A stretch of 64,000 nt of DNA from Candidatus Hadarchaeum sp. (GCF_038871235.1 NZ_JAVZIN010000007.1:6617-70616), one strand, 5' to 3'; shown: positions 29,704 through 39,340, numbered from the stretch's first letter. Made by a program: numbers and translations. Notes: generated from the sequence alone by a model not told the origin.

Positions 29704-30267
29704 ATGAGGCTGGTTGTCGCCATAACCGGAGCGAGCGGTGCTCCATACGGGCTGAGATTTCTCGAAGCGTGTCAACGGCTGGGGATAGAAACAGAGCTCA
29801 TCGTCTCAAAAAGCGCGGAGAAAATCTTGATGCTGGAGCTGGGAAAAGCCGCCGCTGATCTTCGCAGGCTGGCCACGCGGAGCTACTCTCCCGATGATTT
29901 GGAGGCGCCACCATCCAGCGGGTCTTATCCTGTTGACGGCATGGTGGTGATTCCCTGCAGCATGAAAACGCTGGGTGAGATCGCAAACGGCATCTCTCAT
30001 GATCTGATAACCCGGGCGGCTGATGTGATCCTTAAGCAGAACCGCACGCTGGTGCTAGTGCCGCGCGAAACTCCACTTAGCTTGATTCATCTGGAAAACA
30101 TGACCAAACTCAGGCGAGCCGGAGCCATAATTTTACCCGCCGCCCCGGCGTTTTACATAAAGCCTGAAAAAGTAGCGGACCTGGTGGACTTCATCGTGGG
30201 ACGGGTTTTGGAGATGTTTGGCATCGATCACGGCCTTTATCCCCGTTGGTCCGGCGCGGGTGAGTGA
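29704..30267 (+). CDS. ubiX: Flavin prenyltransferase UbiX
   Basis: 187 aa. VAITGASGAPYG and IPCSMKTLGEIANG. Confidence 0.9.
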   Translation: MRLVVAITGASGAPYGLRFLEACQRLGIETELIVSKSAEKILMLELGKAAADLRRLATRSYSPDDLEAPPSSGSYPVDGMVVIPCSMKTLGEIANGISHDLITRAADVILKQNRTLVLVPRETPLSLIHLENMTKLRRAGAIILPAAPAFYIKPEKVADLVDFIVGRVLEMFGIDHGLYPRWSGAGE

Positions 30268-31463
30268 TCGGTGCTGGCCGAGGCGATAGGATGGGGTTAA
30301 ATCTGCCCCCGATCAAGAAGTTTGAGTGCACGGAATGCAAGTATGCTGATTATAGGATTTCCGCCCGTGAGATAGGTGAGACGATACCCGGGGGCTGTCC
30401 GAGATGTGGAGGAAATCTGCGGGTCGCGGCCGAAGAGGTGCCAGATTGGCTGAAGAGGCCGCTTGAAACAGTTGCAAAAAAATTTGAGATTTTGGATTTA
30501 GTGGCGCGAAGGGATAGAATTGAGCTTGAGGTTTCTTCGCGAAACGTTCGCAGCGCCTTTCGCTATGCGTTAAAGGTCCTCGAAAAGGAGGATTACCTCC
30601 CAGTGATGCGGGAGCATGAGGGCGAGCTGAGGCTTACTCTGGTGAAGCGTCCGGCTATTCGGGAAGGTAGGATCCTGACTAATGTGGCACTTTTTGCTGC
30701 CACAGTGGCTTCAACATTCATCGCCGGATATTACCTCTTTGACAGCTCATTTACCAGTGCCGCGCTTTTTTCCGCGTCGCTTTTGACAATGTTGGTGGCT
30801 CACGAATTAGGCCATAAGCTGTCGGCTCGGCGCAATCGAGTGGCTTCCACGCTCCCCTACTTCATCCCTGCTCCCCCGCCATTTCCCTTGGGGACGTTTG
30901 GGGCGGTTATCAACATAAAGAGCCCCATACCCACCAAGGAGGCCCTTGTCGAGATGGGCGCCTCCGGACCAATCACCGGGTTTGTTCTTTCAGTGATAAT
31001 AACCTTCATCGGCCTTTCGCTTTCAGTCCCGAGTCAGCTGGAGAACCCGCTGCCGTTTGTACCTTTAATGTTCGGTTTGCTGCAGCTGATAAGTTTGGGC
31101 AGGGTCACCAGCGCTTTTGAGTTAAACCCGTTGACATTCTCCGGCTGGGTGGTGATGCTCCTGACCATGTTCAACATGATTCCGGTGGGGCAGCTTGATG
31201 GCGGACATATCGCTAGGGCGGTTCTAGGGCGCGACCGCCACTTTTTGCTGACTAGGATGTTGGGGTTTTTGTTGATGCTCTTAGGGTTGGCTTTTCCAGA
31301 CATGCCGATTTTCTTTGTTTGGGGCCTTTTGATCTTAGTTTTCTTCAGAGGTTATCATCCCGGGGCATTGGATGACATTTCACCGCTTTCCTTGCGCCAT
31401 AAATTTTTAGCGGCAGCAGCACTGGCGGTGTTTGTGCTCTGTTTGCCTCTTCCTCTCGGGTAG
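30264..31463 (+). CDS. M50 (site-2 protease) family membrane metalloprotease with N-terminal zinc ribbon
   Basis: HELGHKL zinc motif and later NMIPVGQLDGGH. N-terminal CTECK...CPRCGG. GTG start overlaps the ubiX TGA; alternative ATG at 30291. Confidence 0.85.
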   Translation: MIGAGRGDRMGLNLPPIKKFECTECKYADYRISAREIGETIPGGCPRCGGNLRVAAEEVPDWLKRPLETVAKKFEILDLVARRDRIELEVSSRNVRSAFRYALKVLEKEDYLPVMREHEGELRLTLVKRPAIREGRILTNVALFAATVASTFIAGYYLFDSSFTSAALFSASLLTMLVAHELGHKLSARRNRVASTLPYFIPAPPPFPLGTFGAVINIKSPIPTKEALVEMGASGPITGFVLSVIITFIGLSLSVPSQLENPLPFVPLMFGLLQLISLGRVTSAFELNPLTFSGWVVMLLTMFNMIPVGQLDGGHIARAVLGRDRHFLLTRMLGFLLMLLGLAFPDMPIFFVWGLLILVFFRGYHPGALDDISPLSLRHKFLAAAALAVFVLCLPLPLG

Positions 31464-31483
31464 ACGATAGATAAATAGGCAGG

Positions 31484-32101
31484 GTGGAAAAACTCAGCTA
31501 TGGTGCCCGGGTGAGGGGAAAATTCATCTGCATTGAGGGATTAGATGGGAGCGGGAAGAGCACTCAAGTGAGATTGCTCGCTAATTGGTTGCGAAATTTG
31601 GGTTATAAGGTAGTTGTTACCGAGGAACCAACAGGAGGTCCGATCGGTAAAATAATAAAGTTGGCTTTGGCGGGAAAGCTTAGGATACCGGTGGCAGCTG
31701 AGGCACTTCTTTTTGCCGCTGATAGGTTGCAGCACGTGGAACAGGTGGTAGCTCCGTCGCTCAATTCAGGCAAGTTCGTTATTTCAGATAGATACACGGC
31801 CTCCTCCCTTGCCTACCAGTCGGCCCGTGGGCTTCCCCTCAAATGGGTAATGAAGGTAAATGAGATGGCACCGGAGCCGGATCTGATGATATTGATAGAC
31901 GTTCCTGCAGAGGTTTCGGCTCAGAGAATAAATCGTTCGCGCAAACTTGATGAATTCGAAAAGAGCCTTGAACTTCAGCGAAAGGTTAGACAAGTATATT
32001 TGAGCATTGCCAAGTTATGCAAGATGAAGGTGGTCGATGGCAATCGTTCGATCGACGAGGTTCAGGCGGAAATTCAACAGCTGGTGAAAAAGCAGCTGTA
32101 A
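31484..32101 (+). CDS. tmk: Thymidylate kinase
   Basis: IEGLDGSGKSTQ P-loop and DRY motif (SDRYTASSLAYQ). Start uncertain (GTG). Confidence 0.88.
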   Translation: MEKLSYGARVRGKFICIEGLDGSGKSTQVRLLANWLRNLGYKVVVTEEPTGGPIGKIIKLALAGKLRIPVAAEALLFAADRLQHVEQVVAPSLNSGKFVISDRYTASSLAYQSARGLPLKWVMKVNEMAPEPDLMILIDVPAEVSAQRINRSRKLDEFEKSLELQRKVRQVYLSIAKLCKMKVVDGNRSIDEVQAEIQQLVKKQL

Positions 32102-32149
32102 TCTCTTTGGTTTTGCGTCTGGCTTGTTTTGACGGTAGTTCTCAGCGGA

Positions 32150-33460
32150 CTACATGTTTATCTGGGCTGAAAATGGTAGCGTTTTGAAGACTTCACTGGC
32201 GGCCTTTTCAACGTTGGTTCTTTGTTTTGAGCTGGTATAGACTCGGATAATATCAACATATCCTTTCAAAACGTTAATTAAGCGTGAGTACCTAGAGAGC
32301 TGCACGAGTTCCTTGTTTCCGCCGCTGTAGGTGAAGACCGGGATTTCCATGGGATCAATTTCTCGAGGGTAGTATGGAATAGAATCCAGTGTTGGAACAT
32401 CCACCACGACGTCATCGCTGTCAACTCCGGCTAGCCTAGCGATCTCCTGCTCTTTCTGCTGTCTTACGTTTTTGTCGCTCAGTAATTTTGCCACGTAGGC
32501 ATCTTTGACGTGAACATCTCTCTGGTAAGCGACCTTGAGGAGTTCTCTGTTGTCTAGCATTTTCATTATCTCTTTGGCTTTTTCCGCCCGTCTCCGCTTT
32601 TCAGGATCGTTGAAGTCAGGGGGGTTAAGCTCCCTTAATTTGGTCGCCACATAACCATCGTCCATTTTCAGGAACTCGTTCACGCTGGCGAAGGAAGTCA
32701 GGCCGATGAGTTCGTCGGCATATTCCATCGCCTTATGGAGAAGAATTTCCGCGGATCTGACCGCGTGGTGGTAGTAAACCGCCAAGAACATCTCATATCT
32801 GGCTATCATGAAGGCTTCAAGTGCGTAGAGCGCCTTAAGATCGATGGCGATGTCATTTCCATAGACATCCATCGCCTGAATCAACCTGTTGATGTCGATG
32901 CGGCCGTATTCGACTCCAGTATAGTAGGAATCCCGGACCAGAAAGTCAAGTTTGTCGGAGTCAACTTGGCTGGCCGTGATCTGGTGCAGATAGTTCCTGC
33001 CCCTGCTATCTTTTCCAAAGGCAAGTTTGACGATTTCATCCGGCCCGTAGCCACACTCCTTTAATGCATCGGCAAGCTCGCTCTCCTTTACAATCTTGGC
33101 ACCCATCTGCTCGTGGTTGATGCCGCGCTTTTCCACGATCAGTTCCTCATAAGAGTGGGAGAAGGGGCCATGGCCGACATCGTGCAGAAGGCTGGCGAGC
33201 CTGACGAGCTGCCACTCGTTTTCAGATATCTCAACACTTTTTCTCAAGGATTCGGCGATTTGCCCAGCCACATGCATGGCGCCCAGCGCATGTGAGAATC
33301 TAGTGTGTTCGCCGCCGGGATATACCAGCGACGCGATTGAAAGCTGCTTTATTCCACGAAGGCGCTGGACCGGCCAGGTGTCGATTATCCGGCGTTCCAC
33401 GTCAGTTATGCCGATATAGCCATGGATGGGATCGCGAATGTATTTGATCATCATACGCAA
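32150..33460 (-). CDS. HD-domain phosphohydrolase (SAMHD1/dNTPase-like architecture)
   Basis: 436 aa. RFSHALGAMHV...LLHDVGHGPFSH...DSDKLDFLVRDSYYTG, typical of HD dNTP triphosphohydrolase-like proteins. Confidence 0.8.
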   Translation of the reverse strand: MRMMIKYIRDPIHGYIGITDVERRIIDTWPVQRLRGIKQLSIASLVYPGGEHTRFSHALGAMHVAGQIAESLRKSVEISENEWQLVRLASLLHDVGHGPFSHSYEELIVEKRGINHEQMGAKIVKESELADALKECGYGPDEIVKLAFGKDSRGRNYLHQITASQVDSDKLDFLVRDSYYTGVEYGRIDINRLIQAMDVYGNDIAIDLKALYALEAFMIARYEMFLAVYYHHAVRSAEILLHKAMEYADELIGLTSFASVNEFLKMDDGYVATKLRELNPPDFNDPEKRRRAEKAKEIMKMLDNRELLKVAYQRDVHVKDAYVAKLLSDKNVRQQKEQEIARLAGVDSDDVVVDVPTLDSIPYYPREIDPMEIPVFTYSGGNKELVQLSRYSRLINVLKGYVDIIRVYTSSKQRTNVEKAASEVFKTLPFSAQINM

Positions 33461-33626
33461 TCTTCTCTGTTGCTGGGGCTATTTAGCTGTCGCTGGGAAA
33501 CAAATCAGGAAAAGTTGGAGTGGTTTAAATTTAATCGGGTCTTTCGGTTGGACTCTCTGGAGACCATCATTTAGCGATAGATTGGCTTCTTGTTTTTGCG
33601 GGATTTTTATTCAATTTCCAGTAATT

Positions 33627-34661
33627 CTATCCTCTTTCCCCATATTTCTCGAAAACAGAGATGAAGATGAGATCCTTGTCACTGATGTTATGTACCCGAT
33701 GAAATTCTCCCGGGGCGATTGTCACCACGTCTTTTTCCCTGACACGCCGTCTGCCCCCGTTCATTTCTATTTCCCCCTCCCCCTCTATGAAGAAGTAGAC
33801 CTCACCCACAGGATGAGAATGACCGGTCGTTTGTTTTCCTACATGTAAAATGGTGATGGAGAGTACTAGGTTGCCCCCGATCGTCCTGTCGCAGACGATG
33901 TAGCGTTCGTCGTTTTTTACCACCCTTGCCTCGCGGAAGGCCTGAAGGTAGCTCTTGTGCGAAACATCGTACCACTCGCCGCTGAACAAGTAGCCCTTGA
34001 CCTTTTCTCCAAGTTGCATCAGATGCTGGATGAAGAATCCTGGAGCGTCCTGCTTAGAACTCCTGCAGAACTTGCCGAGAAGGGGAAAGATGCGTTTGGG
34101 AAAGATGTAGACTCCGGTGCTGACGTAACTGCTGAGAGGGGGACGGACCTTTTCCTTAAAATCGGTGAAGAAGAAGCTGGTGGCAGGAGGAGGATAATCG
34201 TCGCTACCATCAAATTTCACCGTGGCCATTTCCTCGGGCTTCATCTCGGGATTCTGCCCCACGTAGTATATGCCCACGAGCGGCTCTCCGGTGTAGCTTG
34301 AGACGAAGTCCTCAAAACCTGAGGAAAAATAGTTGTCGGCGCATACTACCATGAGATCCTCCTCAATTTTTTTCGCGTTGATGGCGTTCCAAATTGCCGA
34401 GACAGCCCCTAATTTCTGCTCCTCGGCCATGGCTTCCTCGACGATGAGGTTTTGGTAACCGGAGAAGAACCCCTCAAACTTTTTGTTAGTGGAGATGATC
34501 GGTTCCAAATTCACGGCGCGAAGCTTTTTGATCAGGTTGTTAAGGACGGTGTCTCCCTTTTCCATGATCATAGCCTTGGGCATCAGCTCCCCAATTGTAC
34601 CTAGCCTTTTGGCAAAGCCGCCGGCGAGGATTAAGGCCTTCATGCCATCACTGGGAAACAC
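33627..34661 (-). CDS. Sugar-phosphate nucleotidyltransferase fused to a C-terminal cupin domain
   Basis: N-terminus ALILAGGFAKRLG is an NTP-transferase signature. The C-terminus (GHSHPVGEVYFFIEGEGEI...APGEFHRVHN) is a cupin metal-site pattern. Confidence 0.78.
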   Translation of the reverse strand: MFPSDGMKALILAGGFAKRLGTIGELMPKAMIMEKGDTVLNNLIKKLRAVNLEPIISTNKKFEGFFSGYQNLIVEEAMAEEQKLGAVSAIWNAINAKKIEEDLMVVCADNYFSSGFEDFVSSYTGEPLVGIYYVGQNPEMKPEEMATVKFDGSDDYPPPATSFFFTDFKEKVRPPLSSYVSTGVYIFPKRIFPLLGKFCRSSKQDAPGFFIQHLMQLGEKVKGYLFSGEWYDVSHKSYLQAFREARVVKNDERYIVCDRTIGGNLVLSITILHVGKQTTGHSHPVGEVYFFIEGEGEIEMNGGRRRVREKDVVTIAPGEFHRVHNISDKDLIFISVFEKYGERG

Positions 34662-34713
34662 TTAGTTACTATGTTTATTTATCTTTCATGAGAGAAGTTA
34701 GAGAAGTGAGCCG

Positions 34714-36093
34714 ATGGTTCTGGAGCAGCTGGGAAGGGCCCTCCATGGTGCCCTGCAGAAGATAACTCGCGCAGCCCACGTTGACGAGCGGGCCGTGAAG
34801 GAGCTGGTCAGGGAGATCCAGAGGGCCCTGCTTCAGGCCGATGTCAACGTTGAACTTGTGTTGAACCTCACCAAACGGATAGAAAAGAGAGCGCTGGAGG
34901 AAAAATTACCTCCGGGGATGAGCCGCAAGGAACATGTCATCAAGATAGTTTACGAAGAGCTTTCCGGTTTTCTGGGGAAACCGGCGCCGCTTCAGCTCGA
35001 GGCGGGGAAATCAAAGGTCCTTCTCATGGTTGGACTTCAGGGCAGCGGTAAGACCACATCCGTTGCCAAGCTTGCCGCCCACTTCAAGAAGCGCGGTTAC
35101 AAGCCGGCCATCGTGTGCGCTGATACCTACCGCCCGGGAGCTTATGAACAGCTGAGCCAGCTGGGGCAGCAGATAGGCGTTGAGGTCTTCGGTGATCCGG
35201 GCTCTTCCGATTCGATAAACTTGGCCAAAGAGGGGGTTAAGCGCTTCAAAAAGGAGCGTGCTGAACTCATCATCGTCGATACTGCGGGCAGACATCGCCG
35301 GGAGGAGGCTCTGATGAAGGAGATGCAGGAGATAGCCAAAGCAGTAGAGCCCGATGAAATCATGCTGGTCATCGACGGAACGATAGGCCAGCAGGCGAAG
35401 GAGCAGGCGACGGCGTTCAAACAGACCACACCTATAGGGTCTATTCTCGTCACCAAGCTGGATGGCACGGCCAAGGGCGGCGGTGCCCTCTCCGCCGTGG
35501 CGGCCACCGGGGCGCCGATTAAGTTCATCGGGGTCGGGGAGCACATAGAGGACCTAGAACCGTTTGTGCCGGAGAAGTTCGTGGCTAGGTTGCTCGGGAT
35601 GGGCGACATCGAAACCCTACTGCAGAAGATTGAGGAGGTGGCGAAAGAGGAGAAGCTGAAGCCCGCTGATATGAAGGCGATGATGGCGGGCAAGATAACA
35701 CTCCGTGATGTTTACGATCAGCTTGAAGCTCTTAGCAAGATGGGACCGCTGAGGAAGATCATGCAGATGATTCCTGGCGTCGGGGTTTCCCTGCCTGAGG
35801 AACAGATGAGGGTTGGCGAGGAGAAGCTGAAAAAGTTTAAATACATCATGCAGTCGATGACCCCGCAGGAGCTTGAGGACCCCAAGATAATGAATTCCTC
35901 ACGCATCCGTAGGGTGGCTAGGGGATCGGGCACCACAGAAGCCGAGGTCAGGGAGTTATTGAAGCAGTATGAGATGATGAAGAGATTCATCAAGACGTTT
36001 GCAAAGGGAAGAGGCCCTAAGTTGGGCCAGCTGGGGAAGATGTTTCGGGAAGTCCCTAGGGGCGGGGATAAGGGCCCTAGAAAAGGCTCTTAA
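34714..36093 (+). CDS. srp54: Signal recognition particle protein SRP54
   Basis: 459 aa. N and G domains (GLQGSGKTT, DTAGR, TKLDG) and a Met-rich M domain. Confidence 0.95.
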   Translation: MVLEQLGRALHGALQKITRAAHVDERAVKELVREIQRALLQADVNVELVLNLTKRIEKRALEEKLPPGMSRKEHVIKIVYEELSGFLGKPAPLQLEAGKSKVLLMVGLQGSGKTTSVAKLAAHFKKRGYKPAIVCADTYRPGAYEQLSQLGQQIGVEVFGDPGSSDSINLAKEGVKRFKKERAELIIVDTAGRHRREEALMKEMQEIAKAVEPDEIMLVIDGTIGQQAKEQATAFKQTTPIGSILVTKLDGTAKGGGALSAVAATGAPIKFIGVGEHIEDLEPFVPEKFVARLLGMGDIETLLQKIEEVAKEEKLKPADMKAMMAGKITLRDVYDQLEALSKMGPLRKIMQMIPGVGVSLPEEQMRVGEEKLKKFKYIMQSMTPQELEDPKIMNSSRIRRVARGSGTTEAEVRELLKQYEMMKRFIKTFAKGRGPKLGQLGKMFREVPRGGDKGPRKGS

Positions 36094-36145
36094 ACGAGGG
36101 AAACTATCAACTTAATTAGACAGTGAAAAATTTGGTGTGATTATA

Positions 36146-36442
36146 ATGTCCGGACGTTCCAAAGGCTTGAGGAGCAAGAGTCGGAAGAAACTGACCAAGC
36201 ACCCTCGTCAGAGGGGACTCACTCCCGTCAGCAGAGCAGTTCAGGATCTTACCGTGGGTGCTGAGGTTTCAATCATCTTGGACCCCAGCGTGGTCAAGGG
36301 ACAGCCCCATCACCGCTACCATGGTAGAACTGGGGTTATTAGAGAGAGGCGGGGGCGAGCCTATGTTGTGGAAGTCCGCGATGGTGGCGCAATAAAAAAG
36401 ATTATTTCCCGTCCCGAACACCTGAAGGTGGTGGAGGCATGA
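36146..36442 (+). CDS. rpl21e: Ribosomal protein L21e
   Basis: MSGRSKGLRSKSRKKL...HHRYHGRTG. The ATG at 36146 lies inside track ORF 36137..36442. Confidence 0.9.
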   Translation: MSGRSKGLRSKSRKKLTKHPRQRGLTPVSRAVQDLTVGAEVSIILDPSVVKGQPHHRYHGRTGVIRERRGRAYVVEVRDGGAIKKIISRPEHLKVVEA

Positions 36443-36777
36443 TCGGCAAGCGCGTTGTTAAGGAGAAACCTGTGCCCCTTGCGGAGGTTCTCGGCATTTT
36501 GGAGAAGGTCAAGAAGGAGGGAGAGCTGGAGTACTGGCAAAGACTGACTTATGACTATGCGCAAAAGTTTGCCAAGGTCAAGCCGAAGGAGGCGCAGGAG
36601 TTGATGGAGGAACTCCTCAAGATGGATAAGATTAAGGAACACTTGGCCGTGGCGATCATCGATCTCATGCCGGAGACCAAAGAGGATCTGGAACTCATTT
36701 TCTCGAAGGAGAGGGTTAAACTCGAAGAGGATGAAGCGAACAAGGTTCTCGAGCTAGTTAAAAAATATAGCGGCTGA
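36439..36777 (+). CDS. rpoF: DNA-directed RNA polymerase subunit Rpo4/F
   Basis: 112 aa. Conserved L21e-RpoF-DUF655 gene order, acidic helical protein of the RpoF type. 4-nt overlap with rpl21e. Confidence 0.8.
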   Translation: MIGKRVVKEKPVPLAEVLGILEKVKKEGELEYWQRLTYDYAQKFAKVKPKEAQELMEELLKMDKIKEHLAVAIIDLMPETKEDLELIFSKERVKLEEDEANKVLELVKKYSG

Positions 36778-36803
36778 GACAGCAGGCTCGGGAGCGTGTT
36801 TTA

Positions 36804-37388
36804 GTGGAGAAAAAGTATGAGGACCGGGGAATAGTACTTGATTTTCTCCCCCAGGGGCACCCGAACGATCCTAGGCCCATCCATCTGAGGGAGCCCATAG
36901 CCCAGATACTTGGCGATACCTTCTTTACTCTGTTGGAGGTGGTCCCAATTAAAGGAATGACCTTTGTGCCGCATGAAAGGGTTTCCATCGGCAAGGGGGA
37001 AAGGGACAAGGTCGAGAGGATAAAACGACGGATTGGTTACGAGGATTTAACTGCCGCTGCCAAGGCCGAGCTACAGCCGGCGGTGGAGAGCTTGGTCAAC
37101 GAAAATCCGGAGCGTTTTGTTGAGTTCTTTAACAGGGCGGCGCCGTTGACAACACGCTTCCACCAGCTCGAGCTGATCCCGGGCATAGGCAAGAAGCTGA
37201 TGTGGGCGATAATTGAAGAGAGGAAGAAAAGCCCCTTCGTTGATTTTGCTGATATAGAGAATCGGGTGAAGGGGTTGGTGAACGTAAAGTCGCTCGTCGC
37301 CAAGAGAATTGTGATGGAGCTGCAGGGAGTTGACAAATACCGGATATTTGTCCGTCCTCCGGCTAAGAGGGCAATGCTTGAGGAGTAG
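36804..37388 (+). CDS. DUF655 family protein (OB/HhH, putative RNA-binding)
   Basis: 194 aa. IVLDFLPQGHP N-terminus and C-terminal HhH (LELIPGIGKKLMWAII). Confidence 0.8.
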   Translation: MEKKYEDRGIVLDFLPQGHPNDPRPIHLREPIAQILGDTFFTLLEVVPIKGMTFVPHERVSIGKGERDKVERIKRRIGYEDLTAAAKAELQPAVESLVNENPERFVEFFNRAAPLTTRFHQLELIPGIGKKLMWAIIEERKKSPFVDFADIENRVKGLVNVKSLVAKRIVMELQGVDKYRIFVRPPAKRAMLEE

Positions 37389-37402
37389 TGAGTTTTGCCT
37401 TT

Positions 37403-37747
37403 TTAGCTTTCAGAGTTTTTAGCGCAAAGCTCGTTCAGGACGTCGATCCAAGCGGTATCGAAACCTCGTTCGTCAGCCGGTCTGAACTTCTGCGCGGTTC
37501 TGGTCTTGGCCTCGTTTAAGATTTCAGCTATTTGTTCACCGTAGTTTTTTTCAAGTACCTTGTTGATGGTGGAGAGTTCCCCTCCAGATTCCATTGCTGA
37601 GACCATACCCTGTAACGCCAGCAGGTAGCCCTTCGTAAACTCGTCGCCGGAGTTAGTTTTACTTCGGGTTGCTTCCAGCCACTCCTTGGCACCCTTGACG
37701 TCTTTCTTTTTCATAAGTTTTATCAGGGGCTTTAGATCGATTTCCAT
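37403..37747 (-). CDS. Hypothetical helical protein
   Basis: 114-aa ORF with no recognised motif. Confidence 0.35.
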   Translation of the reverse strand: MEIDLKPLIKLMKKKDVKGAKEWLEATRSKTNSGDEFTKGYLLALQGMVSAMESGGELSTINKVLEKNYGEQIAEILNEAKTRTAQKFRPADERGFDTAWIDVLNELCAKNSES

Positions 37748-37823
37748 AGCTAACCAGACCCCTCAGGCAGCAATCACCTCATGGTTTTTCGCAGGTGCAG
37801 ACAAGGGTTTTCAACTTTCATCC

Positions 37824-38087
37824 TCACTCTCGAATTGTCTCCAGAATGCTGATGGCGTTCCAGATCAGGGTGCGGGTGTGAACGGGCATGTTGGGATCGT
37901 TGCTTATCTCATCCAAGATTGAAATGGCAGTTGAGGCCCTGACCATGGCGTCGTGACTCTTGTTCAGGAGGGCGTTCTTGGCCTCGCCGGCTGCCCTGCG
38001 GATGTTCCGCGGAACTGTGGTGTCCTCTGCCATGCGCGACATCATCTCTGCAACCTGCTTCAGCTTTTCCTCTGAGGACACGGACAT
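37824..38087 (-). CDS. UPF0147 family protein
   Basis: VPRNIRRAAGEAK...ILDEISNDPNMPVHTRTLIW is the family signature. I chose the internal ATG at 38087; the track's 132-aa version would overlap the divergent gene. Confidence 0.8.
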   Translation of the reverse strand: MSVSSEEKLKQVAEMMSRMAEDTTVPRNIRRAAGEAKNALLNKSHDAMVRASTAISILDEISNDPNMPVHTRTLIWNAISILETIRE

Positions 38088-38147
38088 CACCCCGCCACAT
38101 GCGCAATCATCTAATTTTAATCTTGGGTCCCAATAAAGGGTTTTGGG

Positions 38148-38474
38148 GTGGGCATGAGGGAAGAGGACATACCCAAGGTTGTGGAGATGTTGATGGCGGG
38201 GGGCAAGATGTTGGCGGTACATTGCGGCAGCTGTATGAGTCCTCTCTTTGAATATCAGGGAAAGGTCGTCTGCCCCGTTTGCGGTGGTCAGGCGAAGAAG
38301 TCAAAGCCCGAGGCCAAACCGTCATCGCTTGACAAGATCAGGGAAACGCTGCAGGCTAAGATTGACACCCTCGCCGAGCAGCTTGCCAAGGAAACCGATC
38401 ACGCTAAGACTTTAGAGCTACTGGATAGAATAAAATCAGCCCTAGAGGTGCTGGAGAGGCTTAAGGAGAGGTGA
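38148..38474 (+). CDS. UPF0148 / autoantigen p27-like zinc-ribbon protein
   Basis: GGKMLAVHCGSCMSPLFEYQGKVVCPVCG plus a coiled-coil C-terminus. GTG at 38148 or ATG at 38154. Confidence 0.75.
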   Translation: MGMREEDIPKVVEMLMAGGKMLAVHCGSCMSPLFEYQGKVVCPVCGGQAKKSKPEAKPSSLDKIRETLQAKIDTLAEQLAKETDHAKTLELLDRIKSALEVLERLKER

Positions 38475-38478
38475 GGGT

Positions 38479-38685
38479 TTGAAGAGGGATTTGATTTTGA
38501 AGGCCCTGAAGGAGGCAGGGACGCCGGTTACCACTGAGGAGTTGGCAAGGATGACAGGCATTGATATCGTGAGGCTGCGCGTAGATCTCTATCATCTTAC
38601 TGAAGAGGGAAAGGTGGAGAGAAGGCTGCGTGGGAACACTCCGGTGTGGACGATAAAGCTGGGTATGTTTCCGGAGCAGCGCTGA
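38479..38685 (+). CDS. Small winged-helix protein
   Basis: 68 aa. ILKALKEAGTPVTTEELARMTG...DLYHLTEEGKVERR...TPVWTI, a compact wHTH. Confidence 0.6.
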   Translation: MKRDLILKALKEAGTPVTTEELARMTGIDIVRLRVDLYHLTEEGKVERRLRGNTPVWTIKLGMFPEQR

Positions 38686-39305
38686 ATAGGCAACCGCGTG
38701 ATTTTTTGTACTGGTTGGATCTGGTCAGGATTGTCGGTGCTGGGGTGGTTCTCGGAGTCATCATGGGCCGAATAATCGTGAGGAGACCTTATCATCTGGA
38801 GAGGCTGCACCCTAGGACCTGGTTACCCTTGGTCAAAAGAATGGGCCCTAGGCGTTGGCTGGTTCTCCTCGCCATCTCGCTTTCAATAGCTTTTCTCTCC
38901 CTTGTTTTCTCGATGGCGACGGGATCTATCTTACAGCATTCGGGGATAGAGACGGTTTCTCCCGAGGAATATCCTTTTGTTTCAATTGAGCGGAATTACC
39001 CTTGGCTGACGCTGCTCTTGGTCAACATCCTTCCGATTTTTGAGGAATGGATTTTCCGTGGCGTGATAATGGATGAGTTAATCCGCTGGCGCAGGTCCAA
39101 GCTTCTCGCGGTCCTGACCTCAGCCCTTCTCTTTTCGGCCTTTCACCTTTCCAATCCGGGAACCTATCCGGCGATCGTCATTTCCATGCTACCGGCCAGC
39201 CTGCTGCTTTCCGTATGCTACCTCTACACCGGCCTAGGCGGTGTTATTTTGGCCCACAACTCATACAACACAATTCTGGTTGTGATTGGGATTCTGGCGG
39301 GATAG
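38646..39305 (+). CDS. CPBP (CAAX/Abi) family intramembrane metalloprotease
   Basis: EEWIFRGV (EExxxR) and FSAFH motifs, with several TM spans. Start uncertain: GTG 38646, TTG 38715 or ATG 38763. Confidence 0.78.
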   Translation: MDDKAGYVSGAALNRQPRDFLYWLDLVRIVGAGVVLGVIMGRIIVRRPYHLERLHPRTWLPLVKRMGPRRWLVLLAISLSIAFLSLVFSMATGSILQHSGIETVSPEEYPFVSIERNYPWLTLLLVNILPIFEEWIFRGVIMDELIRWRRSKLLAVLTSALLFSAFHLSNPGTYPAIVISMLPASLLLSVCYLYTGLGGVILAHNSYNTILVVIGILAG

Positions 39306-39340
39306 TATCTTACTCGGTCTTTTATTTTAAAGGCTCAGTA

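Noticed and set aside
33505-33570. Possible C/D-box sRNA on the minus strand (AUGAUGG ... CUGA about 60 nt apart) in the HD / NTP-transferase intergenic region
   Set aside because: The C box is imperfect, there are no internal C' or D' boxes, and there is no terminal stem. The spacing is longer than in typical archaeal C/D sRNAs.
35011-35693. Two long minus-strand ORFs (177 and 183 aa) inside srp54
   Set aside because: Antisense shadows of SRP54, with low-complexity products.
38088-38222. N-terminal 45-codon extension of the UPF0147 ORF as listed in the track
   Set aside because: The extension has no similarity to the family, and it would overlap the divergent UPF0148 gene and consume the shared promoter. 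The internal ATG gives the canonical roughly 87-aa protein.
39215-39340. N-terminal 42-codon extension of the ATP-cone nuclease ORF
   Set aside because: It overlaps the end of the CPBP gene in another frame. The ATP-cone domain begins right at the internal ATG 39341.
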